The position numbers were made by a program, and so were the translations under genes. The notes below the pieces were generated by a model that ran no database searches, was not told the DNA's origin, and saw nothing but the letters and a program-made list of their open reading frames with translations. Positions 55,147 to 64,000 of a DNA stretch of 64,000 nucleotides are shown here, piece by piece; position 1 is the first letter of the stretch; the number at the start of each line of letters is the position of its first letter. This DNA comes from an uncultured Flavisolibacter sp. (GTDB lineage: Bacteria; Bacteroidota; Bacteroidia; Chitinophagales; Chitinophagaceae): contig CBDUBQ010000026.1 of the NCBI GenBank assembly GCA_965365435.1, positions 25,641-89,640 on the forward strand. Reading direction: 5' to 3'.

Positions 55147-57960
55147 ATGGACAAACGTTTGTTTTTACTCGATGCCATGGCCCTTATTTTCCGGGCTTAT
55201 TATGCGTTGATCCGCAATCCCCGCATTACTTCCAAAGGAAAAAATACCAACGCCCAGTTTGGGTTTACCAATACACTACTCGACCTTATCAACAACCAGA
55301 AACCCACGCACATGGCCGTGTGTTTCGAGGGTGGGCGCCCCTCCGACCGTGTAAATGATTTTGCCGATTACAAAGCCAACCGGCAGGAAGCACCCGAAGA
55401 CCTGATGGCGGCCATGCCCGATATCAAACGAATTATTGCCGGCTTCAACATTCCTATGATGGAATACGACGGCTTTGAGGCCGATGATGTAATTGGCACG
55501 CTAAGCAAACAGGCGGAAAAACTGGGATATGAAGTGTACATGGTCACCCCCGATAAAGATTACGGGCAGTTGGTCAGCGAAAAAGTAAAAATTTACAAGC
55601 CGGGATACCAAGGTGGCGAGGTGGAAATCATGGGCCCGCAGGAGGTGTGCGACAAATGGTGCATTCAAAACGTAGATCAGGTAAGAGATATTTTGGGGTT
55701 GATGGGCGATGCGGTTGATAATATTCCGGGCATTGCCGGCGTAGGCCAAAAAACAGCCTGCAAACTGCTGACGGAGTATGGATCCTTGGAAGCCATTCTG
55801 GAAAAAGCCGATACAATAAAGGGCGCCCTGGGCGAAAAGATCCGCACCGGCCGCGAAGCGGCCATTATGAGCAAAAAGCTGGCAACCATCATCACCGATG
55901 TGCCGGTGGAGTTCCATGAAGAAGACTTCCGGCTGAAGGACTGGGACAAGGATGGGTTGCGCAGCATTTTCACCGAACTCGAATTTAAAACCCTTGGCAA
56001 GCGATTGCTGGGCGATGATTTTGGTGGCGATATCGTGTCGCAAAAAAAAGGCTCGCAGGGTGTGCAGGCCGACTTGTTCAGCGCCGCTGGCGCAAATCCG
56101 GTTGATGCGCCTGACGAAACAAACATCGTTACACCCGGCAGGAACATTGGCAATGTAGAACACGAGTACGAACTGGTGGAAAGCGAAGGGGAATTTAAAA
56201 ATCTGTTGGCGGCCTTGGAAGCTGCCGGAGAAATTTCTTTCGATACCGAAACCACCGGCCTCGATGCCAACAATGCGCAGCTGGTGGGAATGAGCTTTGC
56301 CATGCGGCCACACCATGGCTGGTATGTGCCACTGCCGCCCGATAATGCAGAAGAGGCCAAAACTATCCTGGCCCGCTTTGCCCACCTTTTTGCCAATGAA
56401 AAAAAGATGTGGATCGGCCACAACATCAAATACGATCTGCTGATGCTGAAATGGTACGGTGTGGCCATTAAAGGCAAACTCTTCGACACCATGCTGGCCC
56501 ATTACCTGATAGAGCCCGACGGCAAAAGCAACATGGACTGGCTGGCGGTAAAATACCTGGGTTATGAACCGGTGCATATTGAAGACCTGATTGGCAAAAA
56601 AGGGAAAGGCCAGGGAAATATGCGGGATGTAGAGTTGGAAAAGATCAAGGAGTATGCCGTGGAAGATGCCGACATCACCCTGCAGTTCAAGGCCGTGTTT
56701 GAGCCGCAGTTAAAGAAATATGAAGTACGCGATGTTTTTTGCGATGTGGAAAACCCGCTGGTGCCGGTGCTTACCGATATGGAGTTTGAAGGGGTACGGA
56801 TAGACACGGGTTTTTTGAACGATTACTCCAAAGTGCTGGAGAAAGAAGCGCAGCAACACGAGGAAAAAGTGTACGAGCTGGCCGGCGTAAAGTTTAATCT
56901 CGGCTCGCCAAAACAATTGGGCGAAGTGCTGTTTGAAAAGCTGCAACTGGACCCGAACGCCAAAAAAACAAAAACAGGCCAGTATGCCACCGGCGAAGAA
57001 GTGCTGAGCAAAATGGCAAAGAAGCATCCGATAGCTGATCACATCATGGCTTACCGCGAATACACCAAGCTGAAGTCAACCTATGTGGATTCGCTGCCGC
57101 TGCTGATCAACGCCAAAACCGGTCGTGTACATACCAATTATGCCCAGGCCATTGCCGTAACGGGTCGTTTATCGAGCAATAATCCCAACCTGCAAAACAT
57201 CCCTATCCGTACCGAAAGAGGCCGGGAAATTCGGAAAGCCTTTATTCCACGCGATAAGGACCATGTGCTGCTGAGCGCCGATTACTCACAAATCGAATTG
57301 CGGATTGTGGCCGCCATCAGCGGCGATGAAATTATGAGCGATGCCTTTCGGCAAAACAAAGACGTACACACGGCTACGGCAGCCAAGGTGTTTAAAGTGC
57401 CGGAAGCCGAAGTGACAAAGGAAATGCGGTACAAGGCCAAGAGCGTGAACTTCGGCATCATCTACGGCCAAAGCTCGTTTGGCCTGGCCGAGAATATCAA
57501 CATCAGCCGCAGCGAAGCCAAAGAAATTATTGATGCCTACAAGCTGGAGTTTTCGGGCATTACCCGCTACATGGACGAGATGATCAACTTTGCCCGTGAG
57601 CATGGTTATGTGCAAACACTGCTGGGCCGCAAACGCTGGCTGCGGGATATTAATTCATCGAATTTTACCGTGCGGGGTTATGCCGAACGAAACGCCATCA
57701 ACTCGCCCATACAGGGAACAGCCGCCGATATGATAAAGATGGCGATGGTAAAAATTCACAAGGCGTTTAAAGAGCACCGTTTTCAATCGAAAATGATTTT
57801 GCAGGTACATGATGAACTGGTGTTTGATGTAACGCGGGAGGAAGTGGAGAAAGTGAAACCGGTGATTCTCGATTGCATGCAATCGGCCATGACGCTGCCG
57901 AATGGTATTCCTATCATTGCCGAAGTGGGAGCGGGAGAGAATTGGCTGGAAGCGCATTAA
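55147..57960 (+). CDS. polA: DNA polymerase I
   Basis: 5'-nuclease N-terminus, DYSQIELRI motif A, QVHDELVFD motif C, 937 aa. Confidence 0.97.
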   Translation: MDKRLFLLDAMALIFRAYYALIRNPRITSKGKNTNAQFGFTNTLLDLINNQKPTHMAVCFEGGRPSDRVNDFADYKANRQEAPEDLMAAMPDIKRIIAGFNIPMMEYDGFEADDVIGTLSKQAEKLGYEVYMVTPDKDYGQLVSEKVKIYKPGYQGGEVEIMGPQEVCDKWCIQNVDQVRDILGLMGDAVDNIPGIAGVGQKTACKLLTEYGSLEAILEKADTIKGALGEKIRTGREAAIMSKKLATIITDVPVEFHEEDFRLKDWDKDGLRSIFTELEFKTLGKRLLGDDFGGDIVSQKKGSQGVQADLFSAAGANPVDAPDETNIVTPGRNIGNVEHEYELVESEGEFKNLLAALEAAGEISFDTETTGLDANNAQLVGMSFAMRPHHGWYVPLPPDNAEEAKTILARFAHLFANEKKMWIGHNIKYDLLMLKWYGVAIKGKLFDTMLAHYLIEPDGKSNMDWLAVKYLGYEPVHIEDLIGKKGKGQGNMRDVELEKIKEYAVEDADITLQFKAVFEPQLKKYEVRDVFCDVENPLVPVLTDMEFEGVRIDTGFLNDYSKVLEKEAQQHEEKVYELAGVKFNLGSPKQLGEVLFEKLQLDPNAKKTKTGQYATGEEVLSKMAKKHPIADHIMAYREYTKLKSTYVDSLPLLINAKTGRVHTNYAQAIAVTGRLSSNNPNLQNIPIRTERGREIRKAFIPRDKDHVLLSADYSQIELRIVAAISGDEIMSDAFRQNKDVHTATAAKVFKVPEAEVTKEMRYKAKSVNFGIIYGQSSFGLAENINISRSEAKEIIDAYKLEFSGITRYMDEMINFAREHGYVQTLLGRKRWLRDINSSNFTVRGYAERNAINSPIQGTAADMIKMAMVKIHKAFKEHRFQSKMILQVHDELVFDVTREEVEKVKPVILDCMQSAMTLPNGIPIIAEVGAGENWLEAH

Positions 57961-58087
57961 GCTGCCTGTCCCCCGGTGGGGAACATAGGCTAAGGCACGC
58001 TGTTTTTTAGCGGATGTTTCAACAGACAAAGACACGCTTTGCAGCATCGCTTGTCTCTTTTATTCAGTCTTATTTTAATTTAGTAGT

Positions 58088-58378
58088 ATGGACAAAGCGG
58101 TGATTCTTTCTGAACTTAGGCGGGTAAAGCCGGAACTTCAACAGAAGTACGGCCTCACGGAGATTGCTCTTTTTGGGTCTTACAGTCGCGATGAACAGAC
58201 GCCGGAAAGTGATATTGACCTGATGTTGTACTTCGAAAAGCCCGATGTTGATAAATTTTTTGAATGTGCCTTCACATTAGAAAATTTGTTTCAAAAGAAA
58301 AAAGTACAGGTGGTGAGCAAAGGAGGAATAAAACCGAGATACTTCGAGGCAATTAAACGCGACTTGCTTTATGCCTAA
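58088..58378 (+). CDS. MNT-type nucleotidyltransferase antitoxin
   Basis: LFGSYSRDEQTPESDIDLM (GSx10-12DxD). Confidence 0.85.
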   Translation: MDKAVILSELRRVKPELQQKYGLTEIALFGSYSRDEQTPESDIDLMLYFEKPDVDKFFECAFTLENLFQKKKVQVVSKGGIKPRYFEAIKRDLLYA

Positions 58379-58712
58379 GAGGGAAGATCTTTTACTGCTG
58401 ATGGATATTCAGGAGGCGGGCGAAAAAATTATTCGTTTCACTGCTGGCTGTACTTTCGATGCCTATCTGAAAGATGAGCTGATAAAAGATGCTGTGATAC
58501 GTAATTTTCAAGTAATTGGAGAAGCATCGCGCCACCTCTCCCAAAATGTCATCTTAAAGCACCCTGACATTCCGTGGCAAAAACTGATCGGTTTTCGCAA
58601 TATTCTTGTCCATCATTATTTTGGAATTGATCATGAGTTGGTTTGGCAGATTATAAACGGCTACCTTCCCGAAACAATCGAAAGAATAAGCGAGCTTACC
58701 AAGCTGTTGTAA
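58371..58712 (+). CDS. HepT/DUF86 HEPN-domain toxin
   Basis: RNILVHHYFGID (Rx4-6H HEPN motif). 8-nt overlap with the MNT gene. Confidence 0.85.
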   Translation: MPKREDLLLLMDIQEAGEKIIRFTAGCTFDAYLKDELIKDAVIRNFQVIGEASRHLSQNVILKHPDIPWQKLIGFRNILVHHYFGIDHELVWQIINGYLPETIERISELTKLL

Positions 58713-58807
58713 ATGTTTTACTCATTTCTTTAAAACCCTGTTAACCTTGACAGCCGGGTTTTGCTATTCATTCACCAGAAATACATTTAACCAAACACTA
58801 TTCTGCA

Positions 58808-59938
58808 ATGAAACAATTGGCCTGTACTGTGGTTGCCGCTTTCCTGCTTGCCTCTATCGGCTTTGCCCAAAACAAAGCCCGCATTGATTTTGAAACCTAC
58901 AACCCGCCTTCTTCGCTGGTAACAACTGAGCATCCGCTCAAAAAAGCAAAGTATCCGTTTATTGATGTGCACAATCATCAGTACAACATGCCCGACCAGG
59001 ACATTCCGGCCCTGCTAGCGCAAATGGACAGCCTGAACATGAAAGTGATGGTAAACCTTAGCGGACGGGGCTTCCGGAATAACAACGGCGTGTTTGATGT
59101 GGCCGACAATTCCTATCTGGTTCGCTCTATACAGAACGCGAAGAAGACAACGCCCAACCGCCTGGTAGTTTTTACCAATGGATCGTTTACCGGGGTGGGC
59201 GAACCCGGTTGGGGCGAGAAGGCGGCTGCGCAACTGGAAGCCGATGTAAAAGCCGGTGCACAGGGATTGAAAATTTATAAAAGCCTCGGTTTTTCCGCCA
59301 AAGACAACAAGGGAAATATTATACAGGTAGATGACCCCCGGCTTGATCCCGTCTGGGCCAAATGTGGTCAGTTGGGTATTCCGGTGCTGATTCACACCGC
59401 CGACCCGAAACAGTTTTGGGAAGAACCCGACGAGCACAACGAACGCTGGCTGGAATTGCTGACCTATCCTGGCCGCAAGCGTAGCGCCACCGACCCGGCG
59501 CCGTGGGAAGACATGATCCAGCAACAGCACAACGTGTTTCGCCGGCATCCGAAAACAACCTTTATCAATGCCCATTTTGGCTGGTACGGCAGCAACCTGG
59601 CGCACCTCGGTAAATTGATGGATTCATTTCCGAACATGTACACCGAGTTCGGTGCTGTGATAGCCGAACTGGGCCGGCAACCGAAAGCCGCCAAAGCTTT
59701 TTTTGAAAAATACCAGGACCGGATTTTGTTTGGCAAAGACAGTTGGGTGCCGGCAGAGTACAGCACCTACTTTCGGGTGCTGGAAACGGAAGACGAATAT
59801 TTTCCCTACCACAAAAAATACCACGCCTTCTGGCGCATGTACGGCCTGGGCCTGAGCGATGCGGTGCTAAAGAAAGTGTATTACAAAAATGCCATGAAGA
59901 TCATTCCCGGCATTGACAAAACATTGTTCCCCGATTAA
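58808..59938 (+). CDS. Amidohydrolase-family metal-dependent hydrolase, secreted
   Basis: Signal peptide. IDVHNHQ metal-binding start of a TIM-barrel hydrolase. LIHTADP and NAHFG segments. Confidence 0.75.
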   Translation: MKQLACTVVAAFLLASIGFAQNKARIDFETYNPPSSLVTTEHPLKKAKYPFIDVHNHQYNMPDQDIPALLAQMDSLNMKVMVNLSGRGFRNNNGVFDVADNSYLVRSIQNAKKTTPNRLVVFTNGSFTGVGEPGWGEKAAAQLEADVKAGAQGLKIYKSLGFSAKDNKGNIIQVDDPRLDPVWAKCGQLGIPVLIHTADPKQFWEEPDEHNERWLELLTYPGRKRSATDPAPWEDMIQQQHNVFRRHPKTTFINAHFGWYGSNLAHLGKLMDSFPNMYTEFGAVIAELGRQPKAAKAFFEKYQDRILFGKDSWVPAEYSTYFRVLETEDEYFPYHKKYHAFWRMYGLGLSDAVLKKVYYKNAMKIIPGIDKTLFPD

Positions 59939-59961
59939 ACATAGCTGTACGGGAAAGGCAG

Positions 59962-60000
59962 AGGGCTTGCTGCAGTTTGCAAACAAGCCCTTTGTTTTTT
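59962..60000. terminator. Stem-loop between convergent genes
   Basis: AGGGCTTG (59962-59969) pairs with CAAGCCCT (59984-59991), followed by TTGTTTTTT. Confidence 0.65.
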
Positions 60001-60011
60001 ATGTTTCGGGC

Positions 60012-61730
60012 TCAGGCGCCCAGCACATCTCTGATAGCCGAAATAGCGGGAGCAAAAAAGTAACCGCCGCCGGTGGGTGTTACCCATTCATCTTTTAGCG
60101 TAATGTTTACCGGACCGCCAGGCGCCGGAAATTGTATAAACCGCTCTCTTGTACCGGTGCCGTTCTGCCCTATGATTGGATCGTGCCCGCCCAGGTTTGG
60201 CTGCACAGCCGAATTGCTCCACCGGCGCTGTAAAAATTCAAACTGGTCTTCGATGCTGGCGCCATAGCTGAGGAACATTAAACCCCTTTCCTTCGCCAGC
60301 AGTGCTTTAGAGGGATGCTTTACCCCGATCACAGAGGGCCCAAAGGGAATACCCCGCCGCAAAATAAGGCGGGTAAGATTATCCTCTGGTTTGCCCAGGT
60401 CGGTAGGACTGTCGCGTGGATTCATTTTACGGATATGGGCAAAATGCGGGCATACGGTGGCCAGGAAATCTGCCACCGCCGGCGGATGTTTGTCGCCGGG
60501 ATAACCACTTATTGGCCGCAGTTGTGAGGGCTTTGCGCTGTCGTCGAACAGGAAATGATTGTTGGCAAATGTGTCCTCGCCAAGCTTAGGGTCATCGTTG
60601 CCCGGCACTCTTACTATCGGCGCGCCACTGGGCCAGCGGCCTACCAGCATGGCCGCTACTTTTTCTACTGGCATGGCCGCGGTTGCGGCCAGTTTTCCAA
60701 TAAAACTCCAAAATGCGGTCACGTCCTGCCGCAGCCGGCGCACAACAAGATATGAGCCCAGCTTTGCCCACGGGGGAAAATTCGTTGCCGGCAGGGCTGG
60801 TTTCAGCAAATCATTGGCGTCCTGCCGCGGTTCGCCCAACAGAAACTGGCCGGGCCACACCAGCAGCTGCCCGGGTTTGGCAAAATAAAGCCGTCGCGGA
60901 TCGGTGCCGGCAATGTAGCGGGCGGTAATGTAGTCGCCAGGCTCGGTGGAAAGCTTGCCACGTACACCCGGCTGCGATACACCGTCTTTAAAACCGAAGT
61001 GTTCGTGACCGCGGTAAGGATCGGGCAACGTATCGCCCCGCTGTTGAAAAACAAGGCTCATGCCGGCCGCTTCGGCGTTCTTCTGTACCAGTTTTACGGC
61101 ATCGGCCAGCATCGAAGGCCGGTCCGAGGCGATAATGACGATAACGTCGGCTTCGTTTTTTGGCCCGCCCACCTTCCATTTGCCTGGGTTGCCGGGATTC
61201 CTGGCAGCCGTTGGATCGCCAAGGAATGATGAGCGTTTGGCCAGGCCCTGCCGGAAGCTTTCGTCGCCAAACGCATCGGCGTCGGCCGCCTTCGTGAGCT
61301 TCCGGATAGCGTTGTGCGAAAATGCCATATTAATCCAGGTAGCGCTCAACATCATCATCTCTTCGCCCACACGAAACCGTACCGCCCGAAAGATTTTCCG
61401 GAACGCCAGCACTTCTTCCATAGACGAGAGATAGGGCACGATCCAGCGCAAAAACGGCTTGCAACGTTTCGCGGTGCCAATTTTATAAAACAAAAAATGC
61501 TGATGGTCTTTATTGAAACCGGGAATGATATTGCCCTGGATATCGTCTTGTGTTTTGGCCGTGTACACCGGTTCGGCCAGGCTGCCCGGTACATCTTCTT
61601 TTACCTGCGGAGTCAGGATGGGGATGGTAATATTTTTCTGCTCTTCCCGCCCGGATATTTTCAACTTGCCGAAGAGTTTTGTAACCTTTTGCTGATCCAC
61701 TTCTTTTTTGGAAAATGTCATTTCTACCAT
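60012..61730 (-). CDS. DyP-type heme peroxidase (large, 572 aa)
   Basis: IQGNIIPGFNKDHQHFLF, GHEHFGFKDGVSQP (GxxDG) and proximal-His region FAHIRKMNPRD. Confidence 0.85.
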   Translation of the reverse strand: MVEMTFSKKEVDQQKVTKLFGKLKISGREEQKNITIPILTPQVKEDVPGSLAEPVYTAKTQDDIQGNIIPGFNKDHQHFLFYKIGTAKRCKPFLRWIVPYLSSMEEVLAFRKIFRAVRFRVGEEMMMLSATWINMAFSHNAIRKLTKAADADAFGDESFRQGLAKRSSFLGDPTAARNPGNPGKWKVGGPKNEADVIVIIASDRPSMLADAVKLVQKNAEAAGMSLVFQQRGDTLPDPYRGHEHFGFKDGVSQPGVRGKLSTEPGDYITARYIAGTDPRRLYFAKPGQLLVWPGQFLLGEPRQDANDLLKPALPATNFPPWAKLGSYLVVRRLRQDVTAFWSFIGKLAATAAMPVEKVAAMLVGRWPSGAPIVRVPGNDDPKLGEDTFANNHFLFDDSAKPSQLRPISGYPGDKHPPAVADFLATVCPHFAHIRKMNPRDSPTDLGKPEDNLTRLILRRGIPFGPSVIGVKHPSKALLAKERGLMFLSYGASIEDQFEFLQRRWSNSAVQPNLGGHDPIIGQNGTGTRERFIQFPAPGGPVNITLKDEWVTPTGGGYFFAPAISAIRDVLGA

Positions 61731-61759
61731 AAAAGCAATTTTTTAGCGCCCTCTGAAAT

Positions 61760-62725
61760 TCAGCGTTTCATCAGCTTGCCAGCCGTTACCGAAAACATCA
61801 CCGTTACCAGTTCGGCCAACTGCCCGCCATATTCAATTGGCCGTCCGCCAATGCAAAGGTCTCCAACAACAAAACCTTTAGCCGGCGGCACTTCGTACAC
61901 CACCCGCAACGCCATGCCAGGCACGCCGCGTTCGATGCGCCAGTAGTCGGCGGCCGGGCGGCCCTTGTCATCAGTGATGCCGCTGTTGTCCCAGGCGGCC
62001 ATGTACAAGCCCACCGGGTTGCGTACGGTAACATAAAATCCTTTTCTGACCAGCATGTGCACATCAAAGGAAATGCGGGGATCGGCCGAGGTAGGGTTGT
62101 TGTACAGCCCTGGCGTTGCATCGTAGTTGTCTTGAAACGGATTTTTTGATTTGACGGACTCGAGCGACAAGCCAATTGCATCCCCAAAACTGTTAGCCCC
62201 GTGGATGTAATGCATTATGCCATCGGTGGTGTTCCACCGGTTGAATGGATTATACTCGCCATCGGCCTGAAGGTCGGCCTGCTCTACCTTCGGATTTACG
62301 TAGTCTTGATAAAGCTTCACGACCATTTTCTTGTCCACACTCCATAACAGCTCATAATAATCCGGTGTTTCGGTCACAAAAGTCACCTTGGTGATTTTGC
62401 CGGCCGCATTGCGATCAACTTTCCATTCAAAGTATTCGATCTGCGGTTTTCGTTCGGCCACATCGGCATCGGCCAAACGGTAGGCCTCCCGGCGGTCTAT
62501 GTTTTCCATCAGCACCTGCCGGGGAAAGCCCATCCAGGTCAGGGCTTTTTCTGCGGTGACTTTTACATCGGTGCGGGTAGGATTGTAAAAGGCACCACGG
62601 CCATCACCGGGCTTTGTCCTGCCAATCAGGTCAGAAATATGCTTGCTGAACTTGCGATAAAAAACGGAATCGGGCGGAACATCGGCTAAAAAAGCCGGCG
62701 GGTCGAAGCGGGGCAAGAGTGGCAT
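61760..62725 (-). CDS. Hypothetical protein (321 aa), 29 nt upstream of the DyP gene
   Basis: Long ORF with no signal peptide and no motif I recognise. Confidence 0.55.
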   Translation of the reverse strand: MPLLPRFDPPAFLADVPPDSVFYRKFSKHISDLIGRTKPGDGRGAFYNPTRTDVKVTAEKALTWMGFPRQVLMENIDRREAYRLADADVAERKPQIEYFEWKVDRNAAGKITKVTFVTETPDYYELLWSVDKKMVVKLYQDYVNPKVEQADLQADGEYNPFNRWNTTDGIMHYIHGANSFGDAIGLSLESVKSKNPFQDNYDATPGLYNNPTSADPRISFDVHMLVRKGFYVTVRNPVGLYMAAWDNSGITDDKGRPAADYWRIERGVPGMALRVVYEVPPAKGFVVGDLCIGGRPIEYGGQLAELVTVMFSVTAGKLMKR

Positions 62726-62969
62726 AGAAAAAAATGGTTGGTTTTACGATAAGGGTTGTGCAAAACTGCGAGACGTCTTTACTTAAGCGACAGCGTCAGC
62801 AGAGGCACCAGGATTTAAACTATGAAGAAAATATTGAATAGGCAAATCGTGTGCATTGGTTTCACGTCATTTGTTTTCGGCTCCATTGTTACAAAAAAGG
62901 CAGCCGCTTATCCCGGCCTACCTTTGCCGCTGGCAAAAACGGACCTTGTGTTTTGCCAAACGTAATTGT

Positions 62970-63650
62970 ATGGAAAACTCATTTCAACCAACCCTTTACT
63001 ATTGTTACGATGCCTGGTGCGGCTGGTGTTACGGCTTTAGCCCGGTGATAAAAAGGCTTGCTGACGAATACGAAAATCACATAGCCTTCGAAGTCCTGTC
63101 GGGCGGTATGATACTGCCCGAAACACCGCAGCATTTTGGTGTAATGGCAACATACATTCAGGGCGCCTACAAACGGGTGGAAGAACTGACCGGTATCAAA
63201 TTCGGCGAAGATTTTCTCTGGCATGTGTTCAACCCCGACAAAACCGATTGGTACCCGCATTCCGAAATGCCGGCCATTGCGCTTTGTATTTTAAAGGAAT
63301 ATCATCCCAACAAGGCGGTGCAAATTGCATCGGACCTGCAGCATGCCTTAAACTACGAAGGACGTGACCTGACCGATAAAGAAGCGTACCGCCATCTTTT
63401 ACCAATGTATAATGTGCCGGAAGAAGAATTTTATGCTAAGCTGAAAAGCGAAGAATACAGGGAAAAGGCTTACTATGAGTTTGCCCTGGTAAAGCAGTTG
63501 CAGGTGAGCGGTTATCCAACGGTATTACTACAAACAGGCGATGCTAAGTTTTACCTGCTGTCGCAGGGCTTTACCGACTACGATACCTTAAAAGCAAGGA
63601 TTGAAAGAGTGCTTGCGGAAGTCGGAGATGGGTTGCATAAGCCATCATGA
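62970..63650 (+). CDS. DsbA-like thioredoxin-fold protein
   Basis: YCYDAWCGWCYGF (CxxC) near the N-terminus and C-terminal GYPTVLL. Start at the internal ATG 62970. Confidence 0.7.
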   Translation: MENSFQPTLYYCYDAWCGWCYGFSPVIKRLADEYENHIAFEVLSGGMILPETPQHFGVMATYIQGAYKRVEELTGIKFGEDFLWHVFNPDKTDWYPHSEMPAIALCILKEYHPNKAVQIASDLQHALNYEGRDLTDKEAYRHLLPMYNVPEEEFYAKLKSEEYREKAYYEFALVKQLQVSGYPTVLLQTGDAKFYLLSQGFTDYDTLKARIERVLAEVGDGLHKPS

Positions 63651-64000
63651 CAAAATCAAGCCGGAGGAAAGCGCAATGTTGCTGTGGTCTTTTAAGGTAA
63701 TGTACTGAAAAATAGTTGGTGGTTTTTTCCTCTTTAATGTTTATTATAGCTCTTGTCAGTCTGAAGGGGACGCAGGCGCTGCTGGAGAGCAACCTGCCAG
63801 CAATAAGGCTGATGACATCAACGGTAAGGGCAGTTCTTCGGAGCTGCCTTTTCATTGCTTACCGGAATGTCCCTTATGGCTCCCAAAACTCATTTGTCGT
63901 TAGACAAATACACGTACCACTTGATGAAGTCAGCTCTGTGCTTTACGGTAAGGCCTCGGTGTAAGTCAAGGTGGTTCTTTAAGTGAGAGAAAAAGCCTTC

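Noticed and set aside
61760-62725. Encapsulin shell protein partnering the DyP peroxidase
   Set aside because: The gene lies upstream of the DyP gene, whereas cargo genes normally precede the shell gene. The protein lacks the encapsulin-like N-terminus as I remember it. I cannot identify a C-terminal targeting peptide on the DyP.
63571-63964. Track ORFs 63571..63855(-) and 63716..63964(+)
   Set aside because: They overlap each other and the DsbA-like gene's 3' end, have no motifs, and lie in a region that may be degraded mobile-element DNA.

Overview
This 64-kb window looks like chromosomal DNA from a Bacteroidota genome, probably Chitinophagaceae-like. That placement is inferred from gene content only: gldC, a DUF6089-nadK-uppS neighbourhood, LytS/LytTR, OMP_b-brl_3-type receptors and a four-helix-bundle gene. 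I support about 58 protein-coding genes. By eye I found no rRNA, tRNA or CRISPR array and no intact transposase or integrase. Housekeeping genes I recognise: murI, murA, uppS, nadK, recA, uvrB, polA, gldC, a BamA/TamA-like OMP, a CvpA-family protein and a GatB/YqeY-domain protein. Accessory content: an AT-richer segment at about 0.5-7.8 kb holding a vanadium-haloperoxidase-like operon and a sensor kinase with no response regulator; an intact MNT/HepT toxin-antitoxin pair; a decaying RelE/ParE pair; and peroxidases from three superfamilies (V-haloperoxidase-like, animal-type heme peroxidase, DyP). The strongest candidate for an undescribed system is at 33961-37837 on the minus strand. There a 4-TM TIR-domain protein is translationally coupled to a 691-aa exported protein with no recognisable domain, followed by a Crp/Fnr cNMP-binding regulator. 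The intergenic DNA also carries structure that the genes do not explain: long imperfect hairpins built from tandem 7-8-nt units (one pair encloses the four-helix-bundle gene), a 32-nt exact repeat at two loci, and short GC-rich REP-like palindromes. All functional calls rest on motif recognition by eye; no database search was run.
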